DNA of 64,000 nt from Kiritimatiellia bacterium (GCA_050950285.1 JBMNHG010000003.1:616337-680336); one strand, 5' to 3'; positions 49,929 through 61,162 are shown, counted from the first letter of the stretch. The notes: a model not told the origin generated them from the sequence alone. A program made the numbers and translations.

Positions 49929-49957
49929 AGTATACGGCATGGCGGAGGCGAATGCAA
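49929..49957 (-). promoter_or_regulatory. sigma70-type promoter of scpA and probably the downstream scpB-fabZ-etf genes
   Basis: TTGCAT-17 nt-TATACT on the minus strand, 9 nt before the scpA ATG. Confidence 0.7.
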
Positions 49958-49971
49958 ACGGGGAAACTCCC

Positions 49972-51870
49972 CCCTAAACTGCGGGAGATTTGGCGCGAGG
50001 GCGTTTCGAAGGGCCGGGAGCACGGTTTGACGGCTGTCGGGAGGGGGATCGAAGGGTGCCGGCTCTCCGTCGACGCCCTGCTTGTTCCTTTTCCAGGCGT
50101 TTCCAGCCTTGGGGAGGGCGTCGGGCGCCCTTCCAGGCGAAATCCAGGCAGGCTCCGCCGCGGCCGGGCTGTCGCCCGTCCGTCCGGAGCCGTCCGGTTC
50201 CGGCTTTTGCCTCGCGCTACGTCGATTCGGTGGGCTGCACCCGGCAGGGGAACGCCTCGAGCAGCTCCAGGACGCGCTTCACCCACTCCTTCGGGGCGGC
50301 GAAGCGCAGGACGATCTTGCGGCTGAGCCGCGAAAGGCGCGCGCCGGCCGTCAGCACGTGGAAGCGCACGCCGCGCACGCGCCGCACGCGGTTCTCCGGC
50401 TCCGGGTCGGCCGCCCGGAGCGCGGCGGCCATGTTGTAGGCCACCGCGTTGAGCGCGAACCAGGCCGCGTTGGCCCCGAACTTCTGGCTCGGCGGGCGGG
50501 CCGCCGCCAGGTCGTTCTTCATTTCGTCGTGGACGTGCTCGACCGTGCCCGCCTTCCCGCGGTGCCATTCGACGACCTTTTCGCCCGACTCCGCCCGGTT
50601 GGTCGCCACGGCGAAGTGCTTGCGGTCGTTCCCGTCGTCGAAGAGCTCGCCCTGGGGCTTGAGGAAGCGGAGCCCGATGCAGCGCCGGGGGCGCGCATGC
50701 TTGTTCTCGGAGCGCAGGCCGGGGACGTAGTCGAGCTCGGCCCACTGCTTGAGCGTGCCGTCCGGTTCGCGGTCGAACGTCTTCCACGCATCTTCGGGGA
50801 CGCGGCGCGCGGCGGCCGCCACTTCCGGGACCATCCGGACGCTGATCGCGTAGTCGATCCTGCCCCGCGGGCCGCCCTCGCGCTCCGGATCCTCGAGCCA
50901 GCCGTACAGGTCGTTGTTGTCGCAGGCGCTGTCGCCGCGAAAGCCGAACACGCGCACGCTCGGGGGGAGTTCGGCGAACGCCAGGCGCGCGCAGCGGAGG
51001 GGGTCCTTGGAGGCGGGCACGTTGCCGTCGCGGAACTCGGTGGCCAGCACCACGCCCGCCTCGGCCCAGACCGCGACCACCGGCTGGTAGCCCCGCTCCC
51101 CCGTGTAGGCGACCGTCGCCGAGCGCTTGTTGCTCTCCACGATCGTCGCGTCCAGGTCGACCGTCGCCACCGCGGGGCTCCCCCCGGGCTGGCGCGCCGC
51201 CGCGGCGCGCGCCGAAACCCCCACGACCGCCTGCAGGCCGCGAAGCCCCTCCGTGGGCTCGGGCACGCTCGACTTCAAGTCCAGCTCGAGCGCCCGCTCC
51301 CGCGCCCGCGCCACCGCCTCCGCGTCGTGGAAGCGCTCGAGCCAGTCGCGAAGGGCGCGGGAGCCCGGCGCCTGGAAGCCCAGCATCTTCGACACCGCCG
51401 GATCCCCGCGCAGCCGGTCCACGTCCTCCACGCATCCCGCGCCGAGCATCAGCGCGCACGCCGCCGACTCGACGAACTCGCCCGCCGTGAAGCCGAGCCT
51501 GATGCGGCGCAGGGCGCCGAGGTTCGCGTCGCACGCCCCGGGAAGCCCCATGCCGCGGAAGACGCGGGAGGCCACCGCCATGCCGCCAAGGCCGGTCACG
51601 GTGCCGGGAACGGGGTCCGGGGAGATTTCGTAGGGGATTTTCCATTGGGTAGGGGTTTTCGGTCTCATGGGCGCATGTTCTATCAAGACAGCCTTGATGA
51701 AACAAGCGGGAAATTATCGCCGTTTTCCCGCTCCATTCCAGCACTTCGGAGACCCTCGCAAAAAATCTCCCGCAAAACAGGGCTCCCGCGCGGCGGGTGT
51801 CGTCTCGGCATCGGCCTGCTCCCGCAGGTTTGCCATACGAGTCAAATCAAAATTTTCCCGAATTTCAGGG
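49972..51870 (-). mobile_element. IS1380-family insertion sequence (~1.9 kb)
   Basis: Single DDE transposase; imperfect terminal inverted repeats CCCTAAACTGCGGGAGATTT (from 49972) and CCCTGAAATTCGGGAAAATT (reverse complement ending 51870), 15/20 matches; no clear target duplication. Confidence 0.7.
50217..51668 (-). CDS. IS1380-family transposase
   Basis: DLDAT, GYQP, FRDGN, RGDSA, W.R.KAGTVE...[10 protein letters not shown]...AYN. Confidence 0.88.
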   Translation of the reverse strand: MRPKTPTQWKIPYEISPDPVPGTVTGLGGMAVASRVFRGMGLPGACDANLGALRRIRLGFTAGEFVESAACALMLGAGCVEDVDRLRGDPAVSKMLGFQAPGSRALRDWLERFHDAEAVARARERALELDLKSSVPEPTEGLRGLQAVVGVSARAAAARQPGGSPAVATVDLDATIVESNKRSATVAYTGERGYQPVVAVWAEAGVVLATEFRDGNVPASKDPLRCARLAFAELPPSVRVFGFRGDSACDNNDLYGWLEDPEREGGPRGRIDYAISVRMVPEVAAAARRVPEDAWKTFDREPDGTLKQWAELDYVPGLRSENKHARPRRCIGLRFLKPQGELFDDGNDRKHFAVATNRAESGEKVVEWHRGKAGTVEHVHDEMKNDLAAARPPSQKFGANAAWFALNAVAYNMAAALRAADPEPENRVRRVRGVRFHVLTAGARLSRLSRKIVLRFAAPKEWVKRVLELLEAFPCRVQPTEST

Positions 51871-51899
51871 CTGACTTTTTTCCCCCCGCCCCGCATACT
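51871..51899 (+). promoter_or_regulatory. Candidate promoter of the large secreted protein gene, abutting the IS end
   Basis: CTGACT-17 nt-CATACT; spacer made of T and C runs. Confidence 0.4.
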
Positions 51900-51956
51900 G
51901 TGTGTCGCCATGGGATCCGGCGGGTCGCCGGCCTGCCCCATGGGATGGCAGTGGAT

Positions 51957-54900
51957 ATGGGAAAGCGCATCGCGATCGTCGCGGCGGCTCTTGTGCCGGT
52001 GGCGTCCCTGCAGGCGCAGGCGGGCTTCCCCCCTCCGGGATTTGCGGGCGAGCCGCACAACAAAACGGATCTGGCGCTGGCGTACGAACGGGGGCAGGCG
52101 TCGGGCGTCGGGCTGTTCTTCCCCGTGACGAACCGCGCCCTCACGGTGTGGGGCGGGACGGTCGACCGGACGGCGGCCGCCACGAACGGATTCGGCGCGG
52201 GGTTCCTGGACGGGCTCGCGGCGACGAATTTCGGCGGGGTCGAGATCTTCCCCGTCACGCTGCGCACGGACGACGCGAGCGGCGTCATCGGCTTCCACGA
52301 CGCGGGCGGCTCCCCGTTCGACGCGCTGCCGCCGCTGTCCGGCGCGGGCTACGCCCCGGACTGGATCGCGGAGCTGCACGGCGTGCCGGACGCGCCGACG
52401 AACGGCCTCTCCCAGTCCGCGCTGGACTTCACGCGCCTGCTGCTGCTGCCGTCGCACGTCGAGATGGAGTGGCATTTCGTCGACGCGACCAACCTCGGCG
52501 CCTACGCGGAGGCACGGCGGAGCTTCTGGAACCCGCCGGGCGGAGGCGGGACGGGCGGGACGAACGGGCTGCGGTTCACGGGCATCCGGGTGGACTCCAA
52601 CGCCGTGCAGATCGCCCTGGCATGGCCGGAGAACCATCCGCTGCCGGGGAGCCGGCTGGACATCCTCTGCGCGCCGCGCCTCGACGCGACGAACGCGGCG
52701 GGCGGCGTCGCGTGGCATCCGCTGGCGCAGATCCCGGTCGAGCCGTCCGGGGGCTCCGCGTCCAACTCGATCCCCTTGAACCTGCTCCCGCCCGCGCAGC
52801 AGGCGGATCCCGACGGGCCGGCCGTCACGAACACGGCGGACTCCCTCTATGTCTCCGGCGTGGCCTACACCAACGTCGCCGCGCCGTTCGATGCGGAGGC
52901 GTCCGCCTCCGCGTTCTTCCGCGCCGCTTCGCTCGTCGACGCGGACGGCGACGGCCTTTCCGACGCGCTGGAGACCTGGGTCCATCTCACCGACCCGGAC
53001 GACGCCGACACGGACGACGACGGCCGCCCCGACGGCGCGGAGATCGCGCTGGGGCTGGATCCGCTCGACGGGAGCGACGGCCCCGGCGCCGACCCCGACG
53101 GCGACGGGCTTCCGAACGCCCTGGAGGCCGCGCTGGGGACGGATCCGCGCGATAGCGACAGCGACGGCGACGGCCTCTCGGACGGGGAGGAATACGGCCC
53201 GCCGTCGGTCGCGGCGACGGCCTTCCGGTGGTTCGACGCGTCGGGCGGGACGGACCTGACCGCGCGGTTCGCGTCCGACATGGATGATGGCTGCGCGGAG
53301 GGGGCGCTCCCGTTCCCGCTCTTCTTCGGGGGGCGGGTCCTGACCAGCCTGTCGGCCAACGCCAACGGGATCGCCGGATTCTTCCCGGGGGCCGGGACGA
53401 TCGGCACCGGGCGGTACGCCAATGGCGACATGGGCCGTGCGCACATGCCGTCCGGCTGCGGCTTGCTCGCCGCCGGGTTCTGGGACGACCTGCGCCTCTA
53501 CCCCGCGCTGGGTTCCGCCGTCACGCTGGCGGATGTCGTGACAAACGGCCACCTCCACTGCGTCGTCGAATACAAAAACGCGGGCTTCCATTCCGGCGGT
53601 GCGACCACGAACAACCTCGTCTCGTTCCAGCTGGTCTTCGAGGAGGGCGTCTCGAACCGCTTCCGCGTGTTCTACCGGGACGCCAACGGCCGCGGCGACG
53701 GGCGCTCGGCCACGCTGGGGGCGCGGACGGTCCCGCAGGCGCTCCAGTTTTCACGCGACACGGCGTCCGTCGCGGACGGCCTCGCGCTGGAATACCGCTT
53801 CGGGATCGGCACCGGCCCGCTCGACCCCGATACCGACGCCGACGGGCTGGACGACGGCGCGGAGCTTGCCCTCGGCACCGACCCGTTTGGTTACGACACC
53901 GACGGCGACGGCCTTGCGGACGGCGACGAGGCGGATGCCGGCACCGACCCGCTCGACCCCGACACCGACGGCGACGGGCTGGGCGACGGCTGGGAGTTCC
54001 GGCGGATGCCGGAGTTCGACCCGCTCGACCCGTCCGACGGCCTCTCGGACTGCGACGGCGACGGCCTCTCCTTCGCGGAGGAATATCTCGGGACTCGCGG
54101 GCACGCCTCGAATCCCAACGACTGGGACACGGACGGCGACGGCCTCTCGGACGGCGCGGAGGCCGCGCTCGGGACCGATCCCTACCACCGCGATTCGGAC
54201 CGGGACGGGCTGGACGACCATGACGAGATTCCCGCCGGAACGAATCCGCTGAAGGCCGACACCGACAACGACGGCATGCCGGACGGGTGGGAGGCCGCGC
54301 ACGGCTTCGACCCGTCCGACCCGTCCGACGGCCCCGCCGACGCCGACGGAGACGGGCTGTCCAACAAAAACGAGCGTTATAAAGGCACCGACCCGCGCGA
54401 CCCCGACACCGACGGCGACGGGCGCACGGACGGCGCGGAGGTCGGCGGCTCCCCGACTTCCGACCCGCTGGACCCCGACACGGACGGCGACGGGCTGAAC
54501 GACGGCGAGGAGATCGCGCGCGGGACCAATCCCCGGAAACAAGACACGGACGGCGACGGCATGAAGGACGGGTGGGAGGACGTGCATGGCTTCGACCCGC
54601 TCGACGCCGCCGACCCCGACCCCGGCGCCGACCCCGACGGCGACCACATCCCCAACCTGCGCGAGGCCGCGCTGGGCACCTCCCCGCACTTGGCGGACAC
54701 CGACGGCGACGGCCTCGGCGACCACGGGGAAGCGGGGTGGATCGGCGCGGGGCTGCCGCCGCTGGCCGTCCCCGGCGGCACGAACGTCCTCGCGCTGATG
54801 GACGACCCCGACTCCGGCCAGGCCGTCCTGCCGCTGCCCTTCCCGGTCGAGATCCACGGCACCGTCTGCTCCAACGTCTGCGTCGGGATCGACGGCTTCG

Positions 54901-57854
54901 TCGAACTGGGCCGGTCGGCCGCATACGGATACCTTTCGGACAGCGTCCTTCAACTGGATGCCTTCCGCGACAACCTGAAGGCCTATCCCGCCGGGCTCGG
55001 CTCATCGGTCACGCTCGCGGACATCGCGACCAACGGCGCGCGGTACTGCGTCGTTGAATACAAAAACATGGGGTTCCATTCCGGCGGCGCGACCACGAAC
55101 CACCTCGTCTCGTTCCAGGTCATTTTCCAGGAGGGCGTCCCGGACCGCGCCGACGTCGTCTTCCCCGCCGCCGCCGGGCGCGGCGACGGGCGCAACGCAC
55201 GGCTGGAGGCCCGAGCCCCGTACACCACGCTCGCCTATTCCAGGCACCAGCCCGCCGTCTTCCCCGGCCTCTCCATCGCCTACCATTTCGGCACCGGCAC
55301 CGACCCGCTCCGCGCCGACAGCGACGGCGACGGGATCGGCGACGCCGACGAGACCGCCGCCGGGCTCGACCCTCTCGCCTCGGACACCGACGGCGACGGC
55401 CTCTCCGACGCCTTCGAGCTCGCCAGCGGCATGAGCCCGTTCGTCCACAACGACACCGACGGCATCGCCGGCAACGGCGCGGACGAAGACCCCGACGGCG
55501 ACGGGCGCACCAACGCCGGGGAGGAGACCGACGGCACCGACCCCTTCAACCCCGACACCGACGGCGACGGCGTCCGGGACGGCGACGAGATCGGCCAGGG
55601 CTCCGACCCGCTCGACGACTTGGACAGCCAGCCCCGCGAGGTCGTCCCCTTCACGATCCTCTTCGGCGACGAGAGCGGCAGCCACTCCGAAAAATACCGC
55701 CTGACGGTCACCCCGGTATCCGGCGACACCCGCCCCGGCTGGACGCTGGTGAACCGCGCGTTCGGCCAGCCCGACCCGCTCACCGTCAGGCTTGCCGCCG
55801 GGGCGACCTACGAGGTCGCGCTCGGGCACGCCGCCACCGACCCCGACTACGACGGCGCCCCCCGCCCCGACTACGACTACACGCTCGAGTTCTCCCCGGA
55901 CGCCTCCGTCCCCGGCATGGCCGTCCTCGCCGACGACCCCGGCGGCATCCTTGGCTTCCATGAAGAAAGCGACACCTTCCACGCCGACGGCAAGACCGCC
56001 CGGCTCACCGTCGTCCGCGCCGGCCTCGTCCCCGACTACAACCGCGACCGGACGATCTCCTCCGCCGAAGCGTCCGGGGCCACCTTCCGCCTCTGGCTCA
56101 ACGACGACGCGGACAAGGGCGACGTCGCGGAAGGCGGAAGCGACCTGCCCGGCCAGTCCTCCGGCTGGCTGTCCAAGGCCAACTTCGGGGACAGGCGCGT
56201 CAACGGCCGCGCCGACCTGCCGGACTTCTTCCCCGTGTGGCTGGACATCGGCGAAGCCCTCGCCCACCTCGACGCGACGCCCGGCGGCGAGATCGAGGTC
56301 AGGCTGAGCCAGAAAAACACTGCGCTCGCCTATGTCCCGACCGCGCTCTCCACCAACGACGCCGGCGCCTTCCTCGTTTCGGACGTCGCGGGCCTCGCCT
56401 CCGCCGTCATCCGCAAGATCACCGCCGGCGGCGTGACGCTCCCCGGCACCTTCGTCGATGCCGTCCGCGCCGACCCGTCCAAGGGCGTCATCCTCGTCGA
56501 GGGCCGCGCCGAGACCACCGAGCCCCTCGTCCTTGAAATCTGGCGGGACGGCAGGAAGATCCTGGAGAAGTCCCTGCCCCTGCGCGTCGCGCCCGTGGAG
56601 CAGATGTACCGCTGGCTGAACCTCCGGGGGGTCGCGGGCGGCGCGGTGGCCCGTTCTTCCAAACTCGGGGTGCCCGCCGGCTTCCCCGACACGGAGAGCA
56701 ACGGCAAGCATTTCATCTTTGTCCACGGCTATAATGTGGACGAAACGAGCGCCCGCGTGTGGAACTCGGAGATGTTCAAGCGCCTGTGGCAGTCCGGGTC
56801 GAAGGCCATGTACACGGCGGTCACCTGGTATGGGAACGACAGCCAGGCGTGGTGGTGGCTGAGCAGAACGCCCAATTACTACGCCAACGTCGGGCACGCC
56901 TTTACCACGGCCTCGCATCTCGCCGCCACGGTCAACGGCAGTCTGCCGGGGGCGGTGAAGGTGGTCGCGGGGCACAGCCTCGGCAACATGGTCCTTTCAA
57001 GCGCCATCGTGGACCACGGGCTCAACGCGTCCACCTATTTCATGTTCGACGCCGCCGTGGCGCAGGAGGCCTACGACGCCGCCGTCGACCATGCGGACAC
57101 CATGCGCCATCCGGACTGGCAGGGATACGCGCGCAGGCTGTGGGCGAGCGAATGGTGCAACCTGTTCACGAACGACACGGCGGACGCGCGCGGGGCGCTG
57201 TCGTGGCGGAACCGCTTCGGCGACATTCCCGGCGCGATCAACTACTACTCCTCCACCGAGGATGTGCTGGCCAATTCGGACGGCACGCTCCATGCGTTCC
57301 TCGCGTCGGACTGGGCATGGGTCAACCAGGAGATGCGCAAGGGGCTGTGGCCGCTCCTGGTGCCGGGCAACAACGAAGCGGGATGGGACTTCAACCCTTC
57401 CCATGACGTGACGGTCGGCTACGAACCGCAAACGGGGGCGCCGGTCAAGGCACGGATGCCGCCCGCGACGGCCGACCTGCTTCCCGACTCCGTCCTCCGG
57501 ACGAACTCCTTCTTCCGCCTCTTCGACGACCAAGCTTTGTACGGTGCCAACGGCAGCACGGTCGCCGCCCAGCCCGCCGTCAGGGCGCAACTGCTCGCCG
57601 ACGCCATCCCCGCCCTCTCCAACCCGATGGGGAGCAACCCGCTAACGAGTTGGGATACGAATCCGGCTGTCCAACGCAACCACGACATGCATGGGATGCG
57701 TGATGTAGATACAGCATCTGACTTCATTTGGCCGCAATCACGGATACAGGGCGCCGATGGCAGAGATTGGCTTCACAGCGATATCAAAAATGTCGCATTT
57801 CGGTATGTTCACAACGTATTCACTGCAATCTGTAACGATGGAGGGTTGAAATGA
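51957..57854 (+). CDS. ~1965-aa secreted protein with thrombospondin-3-like Ca-binding repeats and a C-terminal alpha/beta-hydrolase; putative polymorphic toxin
   Basis: Signal peptide [20 protein letters not shown]; many D(T/S)DGDG(L/M)xDxxE...GTDP units; C-terminal IFVHGYN, GHSLG and WLHSD. Confidence 0.8.
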   Translation: MGKRIAIVAAALVPVASLQAQAGFPPPGFAGEPHNKTDLALAYERGQASGVGLFFPVTNRALTVWGGTVDRTAAATNGFGAGFLDGLAATNFGGVEIFPVTLRTDDASGVIGFHDAGGSPFDALPPLSGAGYAPDWIAELHGVPDAPTNGLSQSALDFTRLLLLPSHVEMEWHFVDATNLGAYAEARRSFWNPPGGGGTGGTNGLRFTGIRVDSNAVQIALAWPENHPLPGSRLDILCAPRLDATNAAGGVAWHPLAQIPVEPSGGSASNSIPLNLLPPAQQADPDGPAVTNTADSLYVSGVAYTNVAAPFDAEASASAFFRAASLVDADGDGLSDALETWVHLTDPDDADTDDDGRPDGAEIALGLDPLDGSDGPGADPDGDGLPNALEAALGTDPRDSDSDGDGLSDGEEYGPPSVAATAFRWFDASGGTDLTARFASDMDDGCAEGALPFPLFFGGRVLTSLSANANGIAGFFPGAGTIGTGRYANGDMGRAHMPSGCGLLAAGFWDDLRLYPALGSAVTLADVVTNGHLHCVVEYKNAGFHSGGATTNNLVSFQLVFEEGVSNRFRVFYRDANGRGDGRSATLGARTVPQALQFSRDTASVADGLALEYRFGIGTGPLDPDTDADGLDDGAELALGTDPFGYDTDGDGLADGDEADAGTDPLDPDTDGDGLGDGWEFRRMPEFDPLDPSDGLSDCDGDGLSFAEEYLGTRGHASNPNDWDTDGDGLSDGAEAALGTDPYHRDSDRDGLDDHDEIPAGTNPLKADTDNDGMPDGWEAAHGFDPSDPSDGPADADGDGLSNKNERYKGTDPRDPDTDGDGRTDGAEVGGSPTSDPLDPDTDGDGLNDGEEIARGTNPRKQDTDGDGMKDGWEDVHGFDPLDAADPDPGADPDGDHIPNLREAALGTSPHLADTDGDGLGDHGEAGWIGAGLPPLAVPGGTNVLALMDDPDSGQAVLPLPFPVEIHGTVCSNVCVGIDGFVELGRSAAYGYLSDSVLQLDAFRDNLKAYPAGLGSSVTLADIATNGARYCVVEYKNMGFHSGGATTNHLVSFQVIFQEGVPDRADVVFPAAAGRGDGRNARLEARAPYTTLAYSRHQPAVFPGLSIAYHFGTGTDPLRADSDGDGIGDADETAAGLDPLASDTDGDGLSDAFELASGMSPFVHNDTDGIAGNGADEDPDGDGRTNAGEETDGTDPFNPDTDGDGVRDGDEIGQGSDPLDDLDSQPREVVPFTILFGDESGSHSEKYRLTVTPVSGDTRPGWTLVNRAFGQPDPLTVRLAAGATYEVALGHAATDPDYDGAPRPDYDYTLEFSPDASVPGMAVLADDPGGILGFHEESDTFHADGKTARLTVVRAGLVPDYNRDRTISSAEASGATFRLWLNDDADKGDVAEGGSDLPGQSSGWLSKANFGDRRVNGRADLPDFFPVWLDIGEALAHLDATPGGEIEVRLSQKNTALAYVPTALSTNDAGAFLVSDVAGLASAVIRKITAGGVTLPGTFVDAVRADPSKGVILVEGRAETTEPLVLEIWRDGRKILEKSLPLRVAPVEQMYRWLNLRGVAGGAVARSSKLGVPAGFPDTESNGKHFIFVHGYNVDETSARVWNSEMFKRLWQSGSKAMYTAVTWYGNDSQAWWWLSRTPNYYANVGHAFTTASHLAATVNGSLPGAVKVVAGHSLGNMVLSSAIVDHGLNASTYFMFDAAVAQEAYDAAVDHADTMRHPDWQGYARRLWASEWCNLFTNDTADARGALSWRNRFGDIPGAINYYSSTEDVLANSDGTLHAFLASDWAWVNQEMRKGLWPLLVPGNNEAGWDFNPSHDVTVGYEPQTGAPVKARMPPATADLLPDSVLRTNSFFRLFDDQALYGANGSTVAAQPAVRAQLLADAIPALSNPMGSNPLTSWDTNPAVQRNHDMHGMRDVDTASDFIWPQSRIQGADGRDWLHSDIKNVAFRYVHNVFTAICNDGGLK
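52938..55630 (+). repeat. Intragenic DxDGDG (TSP3-like) repeat blocks flanking two duplicated ~190-aa domains
   Basis: Recurrent GACACCGACGGCGACGG; duplicated segment [24 protein letters not shown] at about 53560 and 55047. Confidence 0.85.
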
Positions 57855-58867
57855 GAGGCTTGTTTATTGGGATTTGTATATGTTTCTGCCTCGCCGCGTC
57901 GGGCAGGCCCGTTGCGCAGGTAACATTCCATGTCGTCGACGACGCGAAGCACAGTGTCACTGGATTTGCGATTGGCTTGGGCACTTTTCTGCGCCATATC
58001 CCCGGCGACAATTTCGGAACCGATGAGAACACGAGCGTGTGGGGCGTCACCGACACAAACGGATGGGTGACCCTGTCGATTCCATCAATCACGGGAGAGG
58101 TCACTTGCTGGCCTTATGTTCCCGATAGAACGGCTGTCGATAAGATGACTATTTATCACGGAAACTACGGTTTCAGGCACGAAAAAATCAGGTTCAAAGA
58201 AGCGGTCTCGGGGAGGTGGCAGCCCTGGAATCCGACTGTGGAAGTGGAGATGAAGCGGATCGTGAATCCGATCCCGCTCTATACGAAGAGCGTTAAGTTG
58301 CAGTATCCCAAAATGGGCGAATCGTTCGGGTTCGATCTCCTGAAGGCGGATTGGGTCAGTCCGCACGGGAAGGGCGAAAGAGCGGACTTCATATTTTCTA
58401 CTCAGACACATTATGACGGAAGTTTGGTCACGAACTACACCCAGAAGACACGCGCCTTTGAATCTTCATTCACTCTCCGCTTTTCTTGCGAAGACGACGG
58501 CATACAGCCGTTCTATGCCGACCCGCTGAAAGGGAGCGTTCTCCGGTTGCCGCGAATGGCTCCCGAAAGTAACTATGAAAAAGAGTTGATTCAGCACAAA
58601 TATGTCCGCCGTCAAGGACGGTATCTGGAAACCCGCAGAGATGAGAACTGGTTTTTCCGTGTGCGGACAGAGAAGGACGAGGAAGGCAACATTGTCAGCG
58701 CCCTATACGGGAAGATTCACGGGGCGATACAATGGGGTTGGGAAGGGGGCGTGGTTTTTTCGTATTACCTGAACCCGACCCCCAACGACCGCAACCTTGA
58801 GTTTGACGGGAAGAACAACCTCTTCAAGCCGGACTGGCGCGACACGTCTTGGCCGAAGGAGCCGTGA
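57851..58867 (+). CDS. Exported protein, putative immunity protein 1
   Basis: ATGA overlap with the upstream gene; signal peptide; visibly lower GC; paralog of 60113..61162. Confidence 0.7.
   Translation: MRGLFIGICICFCLAASGRPVAQVTFHVVDDAKHSVTGFAIGLGTFLRHIPGDNFGTDENTSVWGVTDTNGWVTLSIPSITGEVTCWPYVPDRTAVDKMTIYHGNYGFRHEKIRFKEAVSGRWQPWNPTVEVEMKRIVNPIPLYTKSVKLQYPKMGESFGFDLLKADWVSPHGKGERADFIFSTQTHYDGSLVTNYTQKTRAFESSFTLRFSCEDDGIQPFYADPLKGSVLRLPRMAPESNYEKELIQHKYVRRQGRYLETRRDENWFFRVRTEKDEEGNIVSALYGKIHGAIQWGWEGGVVFSYYLNPTPNDRNLEFDGKNNLFKPDWRDTSWPKEP
58781..58830 (+). repeat. 50-bp direct repeat, copy 1 (copy 2 at 61073..61122)
   Basis: CCCAACGACCGCAACCTTGAGTTYGACGGGAAGAACAACCTCTTCAAGCC; 49/50 identical by eye. 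Confidence 0.9.
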
Positions 58868-58871
58868 GCGT

Positions 58872-60116
58872 ATGGCGTCATGCTCGGACGGCAAGAACGC
58901 CTCCTTCCTGCACGGCTTTCCGCCCCGCTCTCCCCTCCGGTCAATGCCGCGGCGCGCCGCGCGGCATGCCGCGAATTCGGTCACTGCGGACGATGCGCGG
59001 GCGTGGGGGGCGGAGTTCTTCAAGCGGCTGTGGCAGGAAGGCGGCCGCGCGCGCTTTCACTCCGTGACCTGGAGTTCCGACACGGGGTCGAGGATCGCCT
59101 ACGCGGGCAACGTCAACAACGCCTTCGCGACCGCCGCCGGCTACGCCGCTCGCGTCAACGCGGTCAAGGCGGCGAACCAGTCGCAGGTCGTCGTGATGGC
59201 GCACAGCCTCGGCTGCATGCTCACCTCCGCCGCGATCGCCGACCACGGGATGCAGGCCGACAAGTTCTTCGCCCTCAACGGCGCGGTGCCCGCCGAGGCC
59301 TTCGACGCCGCGATGGTCGACGAGCGCACCAACGCCCTCAACCGCCTGCTGCACCCCGACTGGCGCGGCTACCTGCCCCGCACCTGGTCGGCCAACTATT
59401 GCCAGCTTTTCACGAACTCCGCGGCCTTCCCCGACGACGACCGCGCCGGGCTCGCCTGGCGCGGGCGCTTCGCCGACGCCGCCCCCGTCCTCTACAACTT
59501 CTGGTCGTCCGGCGACGAGGTGCTGGAAATCGCGGAGGATGCCGACGACATCGACCTAACCGCAGGTCTTGAATGGGACTGGGAATGGACCTGGCCGCCC
59601 GTCGCGCCAAACATGCACCGCTATGTCTGGCACAAGCAGGCCTTGTTCAAGGGGCGCAGCTGGGTGTACGGCACCACATGGGCGGGCTGGGGGTTCTGGT
59701 GGCACTATGTGGGCGACGACTGGGTCAAGGCCTATACCAAGGCACAGGCCAACGCGCTGACGGAGGACGAACTCCGCGCCGCGCCCGTCTTCCGGCACAA
59801 CCCCGACGAGATGTTTTCCTCGAACATCGTCGCGGAGGTGCGGAACAACATCCTGGCAAGGGGCATGCCGGAACTGTCTTATCCGATTGGATACACAAAT
59901 GTATTGAATCTTGCCAACTATGGAGAGGGGCGTAATCTTGACCTGAATGCTCTTGCATTCCGCCGAGAAGACGGGGCTTGGCCTCAGCGTGATGTCGATT
60001 TCAATGATGGTGGAGAACGCCCGAACCGCTGGCTGCACACGGACTTGATCAACCTGCCGCACTACTACACCCACAAGCTCTTTAAGAAGCTCGTGGAGGA
60101 AGGAGACATGAAATGA
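58872..60116 (+). CDS. Orphan alpha/beta-hydrolase module (toxin C-terminus-like cassette 2)
   Basis: Homologous to the last ~390 aa of 51957..57854: FLHGF, FKRLWQ, AHSLG, EAFD, HPDW.GY, W.GRF, WLHTD; no signal peptide or repeats. Confidence 0.75.
   Translation: MASCSDGKNASFLHGFPPRSPLRSMPRRAARHAANSVTADDARAWGAEFFKRLWQEGGRARFHSVTWSSDTGSRIAYAGNVNNAFATAAGYAARVNAVKAANQSQVVVMAHSLGCMLTSAAIADHGMQADKFFALNGAVPAEAFDAAMVDERTNALNRLLHPDWRGYLPRTWSANYCQLFTNSAAFPDDDRAGLAWRGRFADAAPVLYNFWSSGDEVLEIAEDADDIDLTAGLEWDWEWTWPPVAPNMHRYVWHKQALFKGRSWVYGTTWAGWGFWWHYVGDDWVKAYTKAQANALTEDELRAAPVFRHNPDEMFSSNIVAEVRNNILARGMPELSYPIGYTNVLNLANYGEGRNLDLNALAFRREDGAWPQRDVDFNDGGERPNRWLHTDLINLPHYYTHKLFKKLVEEGDMK
59618..59863 (+). repeat. 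246-bp direct repeat, copy 1 (copy 2 at 61170..61415)
   Basis: 9 mismatches counted by eye; encodes RYVWHKQALFKG...NNxLARG. Confidence 0.92.
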
Positions 60117-61162
60117 GGGTGAAAGACGTATTGTTGCTTTGCGCGATGCTTTCGGCGGCGGGCTGCCTTGCCCAGGAGCCGGAATCCTACACGAAGGACT
60201 ACAAACATGCCTTGCGATATGGAGCCAAGGCAAAAATGACGTTGCGCATTGTCGATGACGAAGGTAAGCCCGTGTCGAACGCCGTAGCTACCATACAGTT
60301 TACCCCCCCCAAAGCTACGAAATACGTGATTTGGGACGGCATCTCTGACAGCAATGGTGTCGTCGTGGCGGAAGGGCTCACCACACAAACAGTTCCCGGA
60401 AAAGTCGCCAAGGATGGATATTACAACTCGTGGTTCCGCTTCCGGTCTGGCGATCCTAACCTTCACGACAACGGTGGTGAAAGCAGCAAAATATACTACG
60501 ATTCCAAGGCGAAAGACGGGCGCTGGCTTCCTTGGAACCCGACGATCCCAGTGGTGTTGCGCGAAATCCGCAACCCGATACCCATGTATGTGAAACTTTT
60601 TGAGGGGAAGTTTCCCAACGGGGAGGTTGTGGGGTTCGACTGTGAAAAAGGGGACTTTGTTTCACCTTATGGTTCTGGAGATTTGGCGGACTTCACGTTT
60701 CGCGTTCTTGTCAGCGGGGATACACACTTGGCAGTCAAGGAAATCAGCATAGATGCGCTTGATCCCGACGGAGGCTTTGTTGTTTCAGAGGCCAATCAGT
60801 CAAGCGCATTCAAGTCGGAATACTTTGCGCCCGACTATGGATATGTCACAAACCTGAACGCATCCTCTTCTTACGGGCCAGAGGGATTCAAAGGAACCGT
60901 GCCATATTCGGGAAACTCCTATTTGATTTTCAAGTCACGTGTCAAGCGCGATTCCGATGGAAATGTTGTTAGTGCAAACTACGGCAAAATTTATGGTGAA
61001 CTTGTCTATGGGCGCGGTGAGGTGGAATTGGAAACCGCCTATGTATCCTTCCTCTACTACTTCAATCCCACGCCCAACGACCGCAACCTTGAGTTCGACG
61101 GGAAGAACAACCTCTTCAAGCCCGGCTGGAACAGCAATCTCAACTGGTCGCGGGAACCGTGA
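60113..61162 (+). CDS. Exported protein/lipoprotein, putative immunity protein 2
   Basis: ATGA overlap with the orphan module; lipobox-like SAAGC; low GC; shares W.PWNPT, NPIP.Y, GFD, YGKI.G and [12 protein letters not shown] with immunity 1. Confidence 0.7.
   Translation: MRVKDVLLLCAMLSAAGCLAQEPESYTKDYKHALRYGAKAKMTLRIVDDEGKPVSNAVATIQFTPPKATKYVIWDGISDSNGVVVAEGLTTQTVPGKVAKDGYYNSWFRFRSGDPNLHDNGGESSKIYYDSKAKDGRWLPWNPTIPVVLREIRNPIPMYVKLFEGKFPNGEVVGFDCEKGDFVSPYGSGDLADFTFRVLVSGDTHLAVKEISIDALDPDGGFVVSEANQSSAFKSEYFAPDYGYVTNLNASSSYGPEGFKGTVPYSGNSYLIFKSRVKRDSDGNVVSANYGKIYGELVYGRGEVELETAYVSFLYYFNPTPNDRNLEFDGKNNLFKPGWNSNLNWSREP

Noticed and set aside
50082..51956. 2590-aa ORF as a transposase-toxin fusion
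   Set aside because: The first 625 codons are antisense to the IS1380 transposase; the signal peptide starts at 51957.
52938..55630. Recurrent GACACCGACGGCGACGG as a CRISPR array
   Set aside because: The repeats are degenerate, in frame and encode DxDGDG motifs; spacing is irregular and no cas genes are present.
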